Origin: Thermoplasmata archaeon
GTDB lineage: Archaea > Thermoplasmatota > Thermoplasmata > Lutacidiplasmatales > UBA184
Length of the DNA: 64,000 nt
Assembly (NCBI GenBank): GCA_021826685.1
Contig: JAKAYT010000003.1
Location: forward strand, 7,980-71,979
Reading direction: 5' to 3'
This document shows, piece by piece, positions 46,292 through 56,080 of the stretch. The translations under genes and the position numbers were made by a program. The first letter of the stretch is position 1. Each line of letters starts with the position of its first letter. The notes beneath the pieces are model-generated. The model ran no database searches. It saw only the letters and a list, made by a program, of their open reading frames with translations, and was not told the origin of the DNA.

Positions 46292-46555
46292 ATGGCTGAG
46301 GGCTCCGACTGGGTCTCGGCGAGCGATCTCGCCGAGTACTCCTATTGCCCTCGAGCGCACTGGTACCGAGAGCACCCTCCGGCGGGCTTCTCGCCCCGGG
46401 GGTCGGTCCGTTCTCTCCGACACGGACAGCGATTCCACCGCCAGGAACTTGGCGGCGAGCTACGCCGCGAAGCGCATGCGGGAGTCTACGTCGCGCTCGT
46501 CCTGATCGGCATCGCGCTCGTCGTCGCGGCCCTGTACCTCGGGGGGTTAGGATGA
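46292..46555 (+). CDS. Cas4-like (DUF83) nuclease, N-terminal fragment with C-terminal transmembrane segment
   Basis: WVSASDLAEYSYCPRAHWYRE carries the first Cas4 cluster Cys. The ORF ends in the hydrophobic GVYVALVLIGIALVVAALYLGGLG. Its stop overlaps the next ATG (ATGA at 46552-46555). Confidence 0.5.
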   Translation: MAEGSDWVSASDLAEYSYCPRAHWYREHPPAGFSPRGSVRSLRHGQRFHRQELGGELRREAHAGVYVALVLIGIALVVAALYLGGLG

Positions 46556-47067
46556 CGGTCCCGGTGCTCGGAGAAGCCCTTCTCGTTGCGGCGGGCGCCG
46601 CGATCATCGCAGTCGCAGCGATCCGGCTCGCCCGTCGGGCGCGCGACCGGCGCTACGGCCGGCTCGTGTCGGTTGACGCGGGACCCGACGGCGGCGCCCG
46701 GCTCCGTTCCGAGCGCTTCCGCATCTCCGGTCGGCCGGATGTGGTCCGCCGACGGCGCGACGGCCGTTCGATCCCGGTCGAGCTCAAGACCCATCCCCTA
46801 CCGGCGGGCGGACCGCCTCGCTCGCATATCGTCCAGGTATGGGCGTACTGCCTCTTGCTCGAGGAGACGGAGGGGGTCCCCCCTCCGTTCGGAGTCCTCC
46901 GCTACGGAGATGGTCGAGAGGTCACGGTCCCGTGGGGCCGTGAGGAACGAGGGATCCTGCTCGGGATCCGACGAGCGATGGACCTACCGTACGATGGCCG
47001 TGCCCGGCCGTCTCGCGCCCGATGCGCGCAGTGCCGATGGCGCGCGATCTGCGACGCCCGGGCCTAG
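46552..47067 (+). CDS. Cas4-like PD-(D/E)XK nuclease core with N-terminal transmembrane segment
   Basis: N-terminal hydrophobic VLGEALLVAAGAAIIAVAAI. RISGRPDVVRRRRDGRSIPVELKT gives the D...ExK motif. HIVQVWAYCLLLEE gives QxxxY. C-terminal CAQCRWRAIC supplies the three Fe-S cysteines. Confidence 0.6.
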   Translation: MTVPVLGEALLVAAGAAIIAVAAIRLARRARDRRYGRLVSVDAGPDGGARLRSERFRISGRPDVVRRRRDGRSIPVELKTHPLPAGGPPRSHIVQVWAYCLLLEETEGVPPPFGVLRYGDGREVTVPWGREERGILLGIRRAMDLPYDGRARPSRARCAQCRWRAICDARA

Positions 47068-47861
47068 GTCGACCGGAGCCGGCGCGTGAGATACACGTCG
47101 GCTCGGTACGGCAGCTCGATCCGCGCGCGGCCACGGGTTTGCGGGTCCCGCGCGAGAATCCCCCGCAGTTCCCGGGCGATGCGCGCCCGTTCACGAGCGG
47201 GCAGGACGGCAATCGCGCTCACCGAAACGAACCGATCCACGGCCGTCGCGGGAGTGAGCAGCTGGACGTGGCGGAAGGAGCGCTCGACGACCGGGCCGAA
47301 CGGGAGATCGCCCCGCTCCAAGACCCGCTTCCACCGTCCCGCTCGCGTACGAGGCACCGTCCGGAAGAAAGGGTCGATGAGGTGACCGACCGCGCGGACC
47401 CAGGGGACGGACTCGTCCCGTCGGTTCCAAATCAACGCGACTCCGCCACCGGGGCGCAGCACGCGGGCGATCTCGCGGAAGGCCGGACGCGGGCGGAACC
47501 AGTGGAACGCTTGGGCCGCGACGACCGCATCGGCGATGCGCGGCGGCAACGGGATCGCTTCGGCGACGCCGTCCAGTACCGGAAGGTCCGGGATCTGGCG
47601 CGCGAACTCCGCGCGCATCCCGGGCGTCGGCTCGATCGGAACGATAGCGGCTGCGGTCGTCCGTAGGAGGCGGGTGAGCTTCCCGGTTCCGCTGCCGAGC
47701 TCGACGATCGTAGACGTCGGTCCCAGGTGGAGCTGACGAGCGATGTACCGGATCGCCGCGGTCGGGTACTCGGGCCGCCCCCTCTCGTAGGCCCGCGCGG
47801 CCCGATCGAAACCTCGCACGGCCGGATGCGTTCGGGTTCGGGGGACCGTTCGGGGACCCAT
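47064..47861 (-). CDS. Class I SAM-dependent methyltransferase
   Basis: Motif I is IVELGSGTGKLTRLL. AVVAAQAFHWF and LRPGGGVALIWN also fit. Confidence 0.8.
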   Translation of the reverse strand: MGPRTVPRTRTHPAVRGFDRAARAYERGRPEYPTAAIRYIARQLHLGPTSTIVELGSGTGKLTRLLRTTAAAIVPIEPTPGMRAEFARQIPDLPVLDGVAEAIPLPPRIADAVVAAQAFHWFRPRPAFREIARVLRPGGGVALIWNRRDESVPWVRAVGHLIDPFFRTVPRTRAGRWKRVLERGDLPFGPVVERSFRHVQLLTPATAVDRFVSVSAIAVLPARERARIARELRGILARDPQTRGRARIELPYRADVYLTRRLRST

Positions 47862-47944
47862 CGCCCGGCACGGAGCCTCCCGACGCTTAACACCGTCGCG
47901 GGCCGCCGATGCGAAGCGTTAGGCTTCCTTCGGCCTGACCGGAC

Positions 47945-48589
47945 GTGATTCGCGCGCGATCGGGTCGGTGCGCTGTGGTCTTCGACCTCGGCGGAGTCGC
48001 GATCCGGTGGAGCGACGAGCGTCTGTTCCGCAAGGTCGCGCGGCACCTCGGCCTTCCGCCGGACCGGGTCCGTGCCGTGATGGAAACCGCGGAGAAACCT
48101 CTCGAGCTCGGCCGGCTCTCGCTCTCGGAGTACTGGAACCGAGTGGAGCGTCGGCTGCATCGCTCGATCCCGCGATCGATGCGCCGCTGGTGGATCGACG
48201 AGTTCGAGAGGTACGCGCGACCGGATCCTACCATGACGCATTGGTTGGCCCACCTCCGCGATCGAGGCATCGTCGTTGCCTGCCTTTCGAACACCGATCC
48301 CTCGCACGTGCGGATCTTGCGGCGGAACGGTTGGTTGCGCCCGTTCTCGCCCGCGCTGATGTCCAACGAGTTGGGCGCTCTCAAGCCGACCCGGCGGATT
48401 TTCGACCTCGCGCGTCGGCGGCTCGGGGTTTCGCCTCGGGATATCTATTTCCTCGACGACAAGGCCGCCAACGTCGCCGGCGCCCAGCGGGCCGGCTGGA
48501 CCGCCCGGCGCTTTCGAGGGACCGCCGACGCCCGTCCTCACGTGGAACGGTGGCTGGCGCTACGCACCCGTGGACACCAAAGGCTTTGA
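47945..48589 (+). CDS. HAD-superfamily hydrolase (subfamily IA)
   Basis: Motif I VVFDLGGV, motif II LSNTD, and motif III/IV KP...[16 protein letters not shown]. Confidence 0.8.
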   Translation: MIRARSGRCAVVFDLGGVAIRWSDERLFRKVARHLGLPPDRVRAVMETAEKPLELGRLSLSEYWNRVERRLHRSIPRSMRRWWIDEFERYARPDPTMTHWLAHLRDRGIVVACLSNTDPSHVRILRRNGWLRPFSPALMSNELGALKPTRRIFDLARRRLGVSPRDIYFLDDKAANVAGAQRAGWTARRFRGTADARPHVERWLALRTRGHQRL

Positions 48590-48612
48590 CGCACACCGGG
48601 CTCGGTCGCGCC

Positions 48613-49071
48613 ATGCCCGAAGCACGGACGGAACGCACTCTCGTGCTGGTGAAACCGGACGGCGTCCGCCGCGGACTCATGGGGGAGGTCGTCGGCCGCC
48701 TCGAACGTAAGGGACTCACTGTGGTGGCGGCTCGCATGCTGCGGATCTCCGCGTCGACCGCCCAAACGCACTACGCCGAGCACAAGGACAAGCCGTTCTA
48801 TGGCGAGCTGGTCGATTACATCACGTCGGCGCCGGTGCTCGCCATGGCGGTCGAAGGACGCTCGGCGATCGCGGTCGTGCGCTCGCTGATCGGGGCCACC
48901 GATCCCGCGAAGGCCGCGCCCGGTACGTTGCGCGGGGACTTCGCCCTCGCCATGACGTCGAACCTCGTCCACGCCTCGGACTCCCCGGCGTCGGCCGAGC
49001 GGGAGCTCGCTCTCTACTTCCACGAAAAGGACTACCTCCACTACACTCGCGCGGACGCCGAGTACCTCTAA
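48613..49071 (+). CDS. ndk: Nucleoside diphosphate kinase
   Basis: [56 protein letters not shown] and NLVHASDS (catalytic His). Confidence 0.95.
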   Translation: MPEARTERTLVLVKPDGVRRGLMGEVVGRLERKGLTVVAARMLRISASTAQTHYAEHKDKPFYGELVDYITSAPVLAMAVEGRSAIAVVRSLIGATDPAKAAPGTLRGDFALAMTSNLVHASDSPASAERELALYFHEKDYLHYTRADAEYL

Positions 49072-49072
49072 C

Positions 49073-49636
49073 ATGGAGCCATCGATCCGCAGGGCCATCG
49101 AGCGCGTGCGAGACGGAGGGTTGGTGGTCTACCCGACCGACACGCTCTACGGGATTGCAGCCGATGCGACCAACGTCGAGGCGGTCGAAGCGTTGATCCG
49201 TCTCAAGGGGAGGGCCGGGAGCCAACCGATCTCGATCGCCGTCTCCTCGACGGAAGAGATCGAACCTCTCGCCGAACTGGGCGAAGAGGCGCGATCCTAC
49301 GCGCGGACGCATCTCCCGGGCCCGTACACCCTCCTCGCCCGACCTTCGGATCGCGCGCGCCGGGAACTGGCAGCGGCGGTCGTCGGCGATAACCCGACGA
49401 TCGGGATTCGGATCCCGGACCATCCCCTCGCCCGCGAGCTCGCCCGGGTCATCGGGCCAATCACGGCCACCAGCGCCAATCCCCACGGATCCCCTCCGGT
49501 CCGATCGCTCGACGAAGCGCGCACGCACTTTCGAAATAGCGTGGGGTACCTCGACGGAGGCCCTCGTCCTTCGGGACACCCGTCCACGCTGATGGACGTC
49601 GCGGGCCCCCTCCCCCGCCCGCGATCTCGCCTCTGA
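49073..49636 (+). CDS. tsaC: L-threonylcarbamoyladenylate synthase (YrdC/Sua5 family, YrdC domain only)
   Basis: GGLVVYPTDTLYGIAADA, IRLKGRAGSQPISI, LPGPYTLL, ITATSANPHGSPP and PSTLMDV. Confidence 0.85.
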   Translation: MEPSIRRAIERVRDGGLVVYPTDTLYGIAADATNVEAVEALIRLKGRAGSQPISIAVSSTEEIEPLAELGEEARSYARTHLPGPYTLLARPSDRARRELAAAVVGDNPTIGIRIPDHPLARELARVIGPITATSANPHGSPPVRSLDEARTHFRNSVGYLDGGPRPSGHPSTLMDVAGPLPRPRSRL

Positions 49637-49642
49637 GGGACC

Positions 49643-50524
49643 TTGACCCCGTACCCCGCCGACCTCGACCGGTGGCGGACCGCGGCCCGGATCTCCGCCC
49701 GCGCCCGCGACCTCGGCGTTCGCTCCATCGCCCCCGGGGTCGAACGACGCGCGGTGGCCGACAAGATCGAGTCGTTCATCCGCTCGCAGGGCGCCGAGCC
49801 CGCGTTCCCCGCCAACCTCTCCCGGAACGTGGAAGCAGCTCACTACACCCCATCGATCGATGACACCGTGACCTTCGACGAGGGGGACCTCGTGAAGGTC
49901 GACGTGGGAGCCCATATCGAGGGCGCGATCGCAGACACCGCCGAGACCGTCGAGGTTGGAGGGACTCGGAAGCACGAGAACCTGAAGCGGGCCGCCGACG
50001 AAGCGGTCATGGCCGCAATCGCGCAGGTTCGGCCGGGCGGGGCCATCGACGACGTCAGCCGAGCCATCGAGACGACGATCCATGCGCGTGGGTTTCGACC
50101 GATCCAGGATCTTACGGGCCACAAGATTGATCGCTACCTGCTCCACGCCCACAAGTCCATCCCGAACGTGGGAGGAATGACCGGAGAACGGTTCGAGGAG
50201 GGCGAGATCATCGCGATCGAGCCCTTCGCAACGAACGGCATCGGGCACATCGATAACGGGCCCTTCGGCAACATCCAGCGATTTCGCCGGGATCCGGGGA
50301 ACTCGGATCCGGTGCTCGCCCGCCTCTTCGCGCGGTTTCGAACGTTGCCGTTCACTGCGCGGTGGTGCGCCGAACCCGCCGAGCAAGAAGCGCTCCATAG
50401 AGCGCGCAAGCACCTGCAATTGTATCCGGTCTTCCTCGAGCGGGCCGGGGGCATCGTCGCCCAAGCGGAGCACACGATCCTCGTAGGACCGAATCGGGCC
50501 GAGATCCTGACGGCGCGAGACTAA
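49643..50524 (+). CDS. map: Methionine aminopeptidase, type 2 (archaeal)
   Basis: FPANLSRNVEAAHYTP, GDLVKVDVGAHIEGAIADTA, LTGHKIDRYLLHAHKSIPN, IIAIEPFAT and AEHTILV. TTG start in the track. Confidence 0.9.
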   Translation: MTPYPADLDRWRTAARISARARDLGVRSIAPGVERRAVADKIESFIRSQGAEPAFPANLSRNVEAAHYTPSIDDTVTFDEGDLVKVDVGAHIEGAIADTAETVEVGGTRKHENLKRAADEAVMAAIAQVRPGGAIDDVSRAIETTIHARGFRPIQDLTGHKIDRYLLHAHKSIPNVGGMTGERFEEGEIIAIEPFATNGIGHIDNGPFGNIQRFRRDPGNSDPVLARLFARFRTLPFTARWCAEPAEQEALHRARKHLQLYPVFLERAGGIVAQAEHTILVGPNRAEILTARD

Positions 50525-50534
50525 CGCGCCGCCC

Positions 50535-51680
50535 TCAGGCGCGAGGCCGCTGGAACTCCGCGCGCGCGATCGTCGCCCCTTTCGTCATCGCCTCGAGCTT
50601 GGCGTACGCGACGTCGAGCGAGCGGGTGCGCAGCCCGCAATCCGGGTTGACCCAGATTCGACGGGGGTCTTCGAGGACCTTCACCGCCCGGCGGATCCGG
50701 TCGGCGACGAGTTCGGGGGTTTCGAGGTCGTCGCGATGGACGTCCGTGACGCCGAGCCCGACCTCGCGCGTGTCGCCGTACTCGCGCAGAACGTTCAGAA
50801 CCTCGTAGCCATCGCGACCGTCCCGGTCGCGGTTCGCGAACTCCCAGGCCCATTGTCGGCACCGCTTCGCCTCGAGCAGCCCGGGAAACAGGTTCCGGTA
50901 GTCGCTGAAGCAGATGTGCATCGTGAATTCGCCGTCGAGCCCGTCGGTGGCGATGTTGAACGCTTCCGCGACCAGATCTCCTTGGCCGGGATGCGTTCCG
51001 GCGGCCGGTTCGTCGATCTGGATGACGCGGCACCCTCGCTCGATGAGCGCTTGGATCGTCGGGCGGAGCGCGTGGCGCGCGATCTCACCGACAAACTCGC
51101 GTTGGGCCTCGCGGCGTGCGGTGCGCCCCTTCCAACCGGGGTGACGGCCCAGATAGAATTCGTTGTACGACCAGTCCGCCAGCGTGTAGGCTCCCGTGAT
51201 CGGCAGCTTCGGCTCGCCGACCGCGTGCGCCCTCACGAAGTCGAACTCGTCGAGATGGTACGGCGCCACGAGACGGACCTCGCCGGTGCTTGCCGCCTTG
51301 AGATAGTACTTGTTGTCGAACGAGCGGACGTGGCCGACAAACTGGAACCCCCGCATCTGTCGGATCGGGTACTCGTACATCTCAATCCGTCGGGCTTCGC
51401 CGTCGTACACGCGCGAGAGTCCGGCGTGTTCGAGCAATCGTAGGGCGAACACCGCCCCGAGGTCTCGGACGGCGTCGGGCCTCGCCTCGCGAGGGCGAGC
51501 GCTGCGCAGCGCCTTCGCGACCTCCTCGAATCCGCGGGTGAACGAGAGCCGGCGGTCCCACGTGTCGAAATCCGCGCGGGCCCGGTCATCTAGCGGAATG
51601 CCCCGCTGGCCCAGGAGCTGCCAGCGGGGCTTCATCAAGCTCCCGATCTCCTGGCCCGGAAAGAGGGGTCGTTCGCTCAC
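50535..51680 (-). CDS. metE: Cobalamin-independent methionine synthase, catalytic (MetE C-terminal-like) protein
   Basis: VIQIDEPA, HICFSDY and the VNPDCGLRTR zinc-ligand blocks. The GTG at 51680 overlaps the upstream TGA (GTGA). Confidence 0.85.
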   Translation of the reverse strand: MSERPLFPGQEIGSLMKPRWQLLGQRGIPLDDRARADFDTWDRRLSFTRGFEEVAKALRSARPREARPDAVRDLGAVFALRLLEHAGLSRVYDGEARRIEMYEYPIRQMRGFQFVGHVRSFDNKYYLKAASTGEVRLVAPYHLDEFDFVRAHAVGEPKLPITGAYTLADWSYNEFYLGRHPGWKGRTARREAQREFVGEIARHALRPTIQALIERGCRVIQIDEPAAGTHPGQGDLVAEAFNIATDGLDGEFTMHICFSDYRNLFPGLLEAKRCRQWAWEFANRDRDGRDGYEVLNVLREYGDTREVGLGVTDVHRDDLETPELVADRIRRAVKVLEDPRRIWVNPDCGLRTRSLDVAYAKLEAMTKGATIARAEFQRPRA

Positions 51681-52657
51681 GAACGCCTTCCGTTCGCCGG
51701 GGTCAGGGCGGTCCGGGCGGCCGCGAGCACGTGGAGCTTCTTCGCCGCAGGTTCCGCGGGCAACAGATCGAGGGGAGCGCCGTTGCCGAGCCACACTTCG
51801 CGCGGCGAGCCCTGCTCCTGGAGTCGCCGGACGATTCGAACGATCTCCCCCGGATCCTCGCTCAACGTCGTGCGGGGATCGATGACCCCCAGCCCGAGGG
51901 CGCGGCCTCTGAGGTCGATTTCGAACGACGCGGGGTCGGTCTCGGCCAGATCGACGCCGATGACGGAGACCGGGAGGCGAGCGAGCACGGAAACGGCGGG
52001 CGCGGCGTCCCCGAAGTACGTCCACACGATCGAGGTCGAGTCGCCGGCCGCATCGTGGATCGCCCGATAGGCTTCCACCGTGGACTCCGCGGACGGGCCC
52101 GTCGGGGTCCGGGTCACCAAGAGCGGTTCGGCCCACTCGAAGGACCGATAACCGAGCCCGCGGAGTTCGCGAACCTCCTCGGCGAGCAATCGTCCCAGGC
52201 GGTGGGTGAGCGCCTGCGGGGCTTCTCCCGAGCGGTTGTCGAGGAGGCCGGCCAGGGTGTACGGTCCCGGAAGGATCACGAGAGCGCGGGCGGCTCCCTC
52301 TCCCCGAAGCGGGAGCGGCAGCCGAGAGGCGATCGCGCCCGGAGTTCGCTCGGGGGGCGCGTGAAGGATCGGTTGTCGGTAGAAGGTGTTCGTTTCGAAC
52401 CAGCGCGTGATCGGACCGACGGCAAACCCGCCCCAGCTCTCGGAGATCGGGCGAAACAGATCGGCCCAGCGCAGGTATCCGGCGGTGCATCGATCGGTGC
52501 CCAGACGTCGCTCGAGGTCAACGACCTCGATCTCGGTCCGCGCGTAGATCTCCTCGACGGCCTCCGGGCTCTGGCGACCGCGGTCGAGGTCGCGCGTCGC
52601 CCGGACAAGCTCCTCGGACCGTGGGAAGGGCCCGGTGAGGGTGATGCGGATCTCCAC
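51677..52657 (-). CDS. MetE N-terminal-domain-like (Meth_synt_1-type) protein
   Basis: GPFPRSEELVRATRDLDRGRQS, WFETNTFYRQPIL, and EWAEPLLV in place of IQIDEP. Lacks the Cys/His zinc ligands and is coupled to the catalytic gene. Confidence 0.65.
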   Translation of the reverse strand: MEIRITLTGPFPRSEELVRATRDLDRGRQSPEAVEEIYARTEIEVVDLERRLGTDRCTAGYLRWADLFRPISESWGGFAVGPITRWFETNTFYRQPILHAPPERTPGAIASRLPLPLRGEGAARALVILPGPYTLAGLLDNRSGEAPQALTHRLGRLLAEEVRELRGLGYRSFEWAEPLLVTRTPTGPSAESTVEAYRAIHDAAGDSTSIVWTYFGDAAPAVSVLARLPVSVIGVDLAETDPASFEIDLRGRALGLGVIDPRTTLSEDPGEIVRIVRRLQEQGSPREVWLGNGAPLDLLPAEPAAKKLHVLAAARTALTPANGRRS

Positions 52658-53029
52658 AGGGCGTTCGACCCGGGTTCGCGCTTAACAGTAACGTGACTCG
52701 GACGCTGTGCGAAGTGAGAAACGCGGTTGCACGTGAGGTAACGAAGGCCGACGCTTCCTTTCCCGTCTCTCGCGGACGACGATGGCCGGAATCTCCACGA
52801 GGATGCCCGGTTCCTCCGCGGGCCCACCTCCCATCCGATGGTCGGGATCTCGGCGGCCTTCACGAGCGTTCGAGGACCCGGCGCGTATCCGGTCCGACGA
52901 ACGCCGGACGCGAGCCGGATCCCGGGAGCCGCTAGTGCGGTGCAGATAACCCTCTCGAACCTCAGGAAAGTCGTCAATTGACGAACCTTCCCTTCGTCTC
53001 GTACGAAGTGTTAATAACGACCGGTCTCG

Positions 53030-54469
53030 ATGGGCGCGCGTCCTATGGTTCAGGCGACGAGCCCGTCCGCCGAACCGCCCCGAGGTTCTCGACCTCGGGC
53101 GGTTCTCGGCGCGGACGACGAAGCGCGTACCGATGCGCTGGGGGAACGAGCGCTGGCGCTCGCTCGGTTCTACCAAGGCAAAATCGAAACCGTCCCCAAA
53201 GTACCGGTCCGCTCGCTCGCCGACTTCTCCGTATGGTACACCCCCGGCATCGCCCAGGTCTCCCGCGCGATCGAGAAGGACCCGGACCTCTCGTTCGAGC
53301 TCACCGGGCGATGGAATACGATCGCGATCATTACGGACGGTAGCCGGGTGCTCGGCCTCGGAGATGTCGGACCGGCCGCGGCGATGCCGGTCATGGAGGG
53401 AAAAGCGCTCCTCTTCCGGTACTTGGGGGGCGTCAACGCGATCCCGGTGCCGATTGCCATCGATACGGACGAGGAGTTCATCGACACGGTGATACGGCTC
53501 TCCCCCGCCTTCGGCGGGATCAACCTCGAGGACGTCGCCTCTCCGAAATGCTTCCGCATCCTCGGCGAGCTCCAGCGCCGGCTTCCGATCCCGGTCTGGC
53601 ACGACGACCAGCTCGGTACTGCGGCCGCAACGATTGGCGGGCTCCTCAATGCGCTCACGCTCACCGATCGTGACATCCGGACCACGCGCACCGTGCTCCT
53701 CGGCGCCGGCGCGGCGAACATCGCGACCGCCCGGCTCCTCCTGTCTCTCGGCCAGGATCCTCATCAGCTCACCCTCGTCGATCAGAAAGGAATCCTCTTC
53801 GCTGAACGCGACGATGTGGACAGCCTCTCGCTGCGCAATACGTGGAAGTACCATCTGGCCCTGTCCACCAACGGCGGCGGCCGCCGCGGGGGTCTGGCGG
53901 AAGCCCTCAAGGACGCGGACGTCCTCCTCGCCGCCTCACGGCCCGACCCGACGATGATCTCGCCCGCGGCCATCCGATCCATGGCGGCCAAGCCGATCGT
54001 GTTCGCGCTCGCGAACCCGGTGCCCGAGATCTGGCCGGACCAGGCTCGAGCCGCGGGAGCCGCCATCGTAGCCACCGGCCGGAGCGATTTTCCCAACCAG
54101 GTGAACAATTCGCTCGTCTTCCCCGGTGTGTTCCGGGGCGTTCTCGACGCTCGAGCCCGCTCGATCCCCGACGATATCGTGATCGCGGCGGCCCGCGAGC
54201 TCGCAGCCCATGCCGACGACCAGGGCCTCACCCCGGACCACATCCTCCCCACGATGGAGGAAGTCGGAATCTTCCCGCATATCGCGGCCGCCACCGCCGA
54301 GACCGCGGTGCGTCTGGGCATCGCTCGCGCGAAGCGTACTCGCGAAGAGTTCTACGCGCGGGCCCTCGAGATCATGCAGCACTCGGTCCGCCTCGCGACC
54401 CGCCTGCGCGAGGAGGGTCTCACGCTCCCGATGCCGGACGAACCCTCGGGAGGAAACGGAACACCATGA
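53030..54469 (+). CDS. maeB: NAD(P)-dependent malic enzyme
   Basis: VWYTPGIAQVSRAI, IITDGSRVLGLGDVGPAAAMPVMEGKALLFRYLGGVNA, FGGINLEDV, LLGAGAANIA, FALANPVPEI and NNSLVFPGVFRG. Confidence 0.9.
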   Translation: MGARPMVQATSPSAEPPRGSRPRAVLGADDEARTDALGERALALARFYQGKIETVPKVPVRSLADFSVWYTPGIAQVSRAIEKDPDLSFELTGRWNTIAIITDGSRVLGLGDVGPAAAMPVMEGKALLFRYLGGVNAIPVPIAIDTDEEFIDTVIRLSPAFGGINLEDVASPKCFRILGELQRRLPIPVWHDDQLGTAAATIGGLLNALTLTDRDIRTTRTVLLGAGAANIATARLLLSLGQDPHQLTLVDQKGILFAERDDVDSLSLRNTWKYHLALSTNGGGRRGGLAEALKDADVLLAASRPDPTMISPAAIRSMAAKPIVFALANPVPEIWPDQARAAGAAIVATGRSDFPNQVNNSLVFPGVFRGVLDARARSIPDDIVIAAARELAAHADDQGLTPDHILPTMEEVGIFPHIAAATAETAVRLGIARAKRTREEFYARALEIMQHSVRLATRLREEGLTLPMPDEPSGGNGTP

Positions 54470-55014
54470 GTCATTCACCGCACGCGCCGAAGGAGCCGAA
54501 GGGACACGAAGCCGGACCCAGCGCCAGCGCGGGCCTCCCCGTTCACCTGCGGACGGCCGTGCTCGACGACGTACCCGCGCTCGTGCCGCTCGTTCTCCGT
54601 CTCAAGAGCCTCAACGAGGAGTTCGACCCGCTCCTCAAGGTACGCAAGGACGCCGAGAAGATGGCGGCGGAGATCCTCACGCGCGACATCAAGGACCCGG
54701 AGGCGATCGTCCTCGCGACCGAAGGGGTCGGGGCCGACAAGGACCGTATCGTGGGAGTCGTTCGCGCCCGGATCCGCGAACGCCCCTTCTACACCCCCGA
54801 GCGCGAGGGCGTGATCCTCGACATCTATCTGCTCCCGCTCTACCGCCGGCACGGCGTGGGGGAGTATCTCCTCGAGGAGATCACCAAGCTCGTGAAGGAG
54901 AAGGGCGCGGGCGTGCTCACGGCCGAGTTCCCGCTCCAAAACCACATCGCGGCGAGCTTCTACAACAAGCGCGGTTTCCGCCCGACGACGGGTCTGTACT
55001 CCCGACCCCTATAG
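54466..55014 (+). CDS. GNAT family N-acetyltransferase
   Basis: The acetyl-CoA loop is LPLYRRHGVGEYLLEE, followed by NHIAASFYNKRGF. The ATG overlaps the malic-enzyme TGA (ATGA). Confidence 0.8.
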   Translation: MSHSPHAPKEPKGHEAGPSASAGLPVHLRTAVLDDVPALVPLVLRLKSLNEEFDPLLKVRKDAEKMAAEILTRDIKDPEAIVLATEGVGADKDRIVGVVRARIRERPFYTPEREGVILDIYLLPLYRRHGVGEYLLEEITKLVKEKGAGVLTAEFPLQNHIAASFYNKRGFRPTTGLYSRPL

Positions 55015-55051
55015 GCCCGCCGACCGCCGACCTTATGGCTCCCGACCCTCC

Positions 55052-56014
55052 ATGGCGGGTATGTCGTCCGCCGCGCCGCCCCAGTACCTGCGTCGGGGCA
55101 AGGTGAAGGAAGTCTACGCGATCAGTCCTACCGAACTCGAGTTCCGATTCACCAACGACATCAGCGTCTTCGACAAGCACATCCCGAGCGAGATCCCGTA
55201 CAAGGGCGAGAGCCTCGCGGGTACGGCCGAGTTCTGGTTCCGCCTCTGCTCGAAGATCGGCGTGCATCACCACTTCATCGGCCAGAGCGGACCGACGCGC
55301 ATGCGCGTGCGGCGGGTCCAGGTCGTGCCGGATCCGCGGAGCCTCGGACCCTCCCCGAAGAACTTCCTCGTTCCGCTCGAGCTGATCGTGCGCTACTACC
55401 TTGCCGGATCGATGTGGGACCGCGTGAAAGCCGGGAAAGTCCACGCCGCCGACCTCGGGTTCCCCTCGGGCAAGGAGTTGCGCTACGGCGAACAGCTCCC
55501 CGATCCCCATTTCGAGGTCACGACGAAACTCGAGCCGGTCGACCGCCTCCTGACAATCGAGGAAGCGCTCCGACTCTCCACGCTCGACCGAGCGACCTTG
55601 GACGGGATGCGCGAGACGATCCTCAAGATCGACGAGGCGATGCAGAAGGAGATCGCGCCGCGGGGCCTTCTCCACGTCGATGGCAAGAAGGAGTTCGCGA
55701 TCGACGCGGAAGGAGTGCCGATGGTCGTCGACACGTTCGGCACCGCCGACGAGGACCGGTTCTGGGACAAGGACGCGTATGAACGGGGTCGGCCGGTCGA
55801 GTTCTCCAAGGAGTTCGTCCGGCAACACTACCGCTCGATCGGCTACTACGATGCCCTCATGGACGCCCGAAAGAACGGAACCCCCGAGCCGGACATCCCG
55901 CCGCTGCCGCCGCTCCTGATCGACGAGGTGAGCCGGCTCTACACCACGGTCTACACCCGGCTCACGGGACGCCCGTTCGTGCCGGCGACCGGCGCCCCTA
56001 CGTCCGCCGGCTAA
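55052..56014 (+). CDS. purC: Phosphoribosylaminoimidazole-succinocarboxamide (SAICAR) synthase
   Basis: RRGKVKEVY, RFTNDISVFDK, VPLELIVRYYLAGS and LLHVDGKKEFA. Confidence 0.9.
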   Translation: MAGMSSAAPPQYLRRGKVKEVYAISPTELEFRFTNDISVFDKHIPSEIPYKGESLAGTAEFWFRLCSKIGVHHHFIGQSGPTRMRVRRVQVVPDPRSLGPSPKNFLVPLELIVRYYLAGSMWDRVKAGKVHAADLGFPSGKELRYGEQLPDPHFEVTTKLEPVDRLLTIEEALRLSTLDRATLDGMRETILKIDEAMQKEIAPRGLLHVDGKKEFAIDAEGVPMVVDTFGTADEDRFWDKDAYERGRPVEFSKEFVRQHYRSIGYYDALMDARKNGTPEPDIPPLPPLLIDEVSRLYTTVYTRLTGRPFVPATGAPTSAG

Positions 56015-56080
56015 GGGCGGAACCCACCGTTTCGCGACCTCTCCCCCACTCTTATCTCTCCCGGTCGCGGTCGGTCCACC

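Noticed and set aside
52276-52977. ORFs in the metE / malic-enzyme intergenic gap (52276-52977 minus, 52693-52935 plus, 52682-53854 minus)
   Set aside because: They overlap the MetE N-like gene or the malic enzyme gene in other frames, and within the gap they are Arg/Ser/Pro-rich with no motif.
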